This document shows, piece by piece, positions 60,864 to 64,000 of a DNA stretch of 64,000 nucleotides. The DNA comes from a phage, in sequence record PZ452578.1. The stretch is one strand, 5' to 3'. Within the stretch, counting starts at the first letter, position 1; each line of letters begins with the position of its first letter. The notes beneath the pieces were generated by a model. It had not been told where the DNA came from, ran no database searches, and worked only from the letters and a program-made list of their open reading frames with translations. The position numbers were made by a program, and so were the translations under genes.

Positions 60864-64000
<3,137 letters not shown>

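Overview
This window is a T4-like (Tequatrovirus-type) myovirus genome segment, colinear with phage T4 from gene 46 to gene 17 but not T4 itself. All calls rest on reading the ORF translations and the DNA by eye; no search or folding tool was run. The minus strand (1-43.4 kb) carries early/middle genes: 46, 47, a-gt, 55, nrdH, nrdG, nrdD (uninterrupted), 49, nrdC, a long block of small accessory ORFs, rI, tk, regB, internal proteins, lysozyme e, nudE, a 10-gene tRNA cluster, ipI, 57B/57A, and genes 1, 3, 2, 4. The plus strand (43.4-64 kb) carries the late morphogenesis block 53, 5, 5.1, 5.4, 6-12, wac, 13-16 and a near-complete 17. Regulatory signals are T4-typical: sigma70-like early promoters (GTTTAC, 18 nt, TATAAT-like) on the minus strand, TATAAATA late promoters, C(UUCG)G intercistronic hairpins and ATGA/TAATG translational coupling. 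No CRISPR array or obvious defence island was seen. The most interesting items are in accessory regions: (1) an internal-protein-like gene with its own late promoter, bracketed by two identical 31-nt terminator hairpins next to the tRNA cluster; (2) a glycyl-radical cofactor gene whose 3' half is compositionally host-like; (3) a terminase-like P-loop ATPase fragment where I expected denV; (4) a small late ORF between tk and rI broken by an in-frame TAA; (5) an AAA-ATPase plus nucleotidyltransferase-fold gene pair; (6) a macro-domain-like ORF; (7) tRNA-Asn and a Tyr-like tRNA beyond the canonical T4 set.
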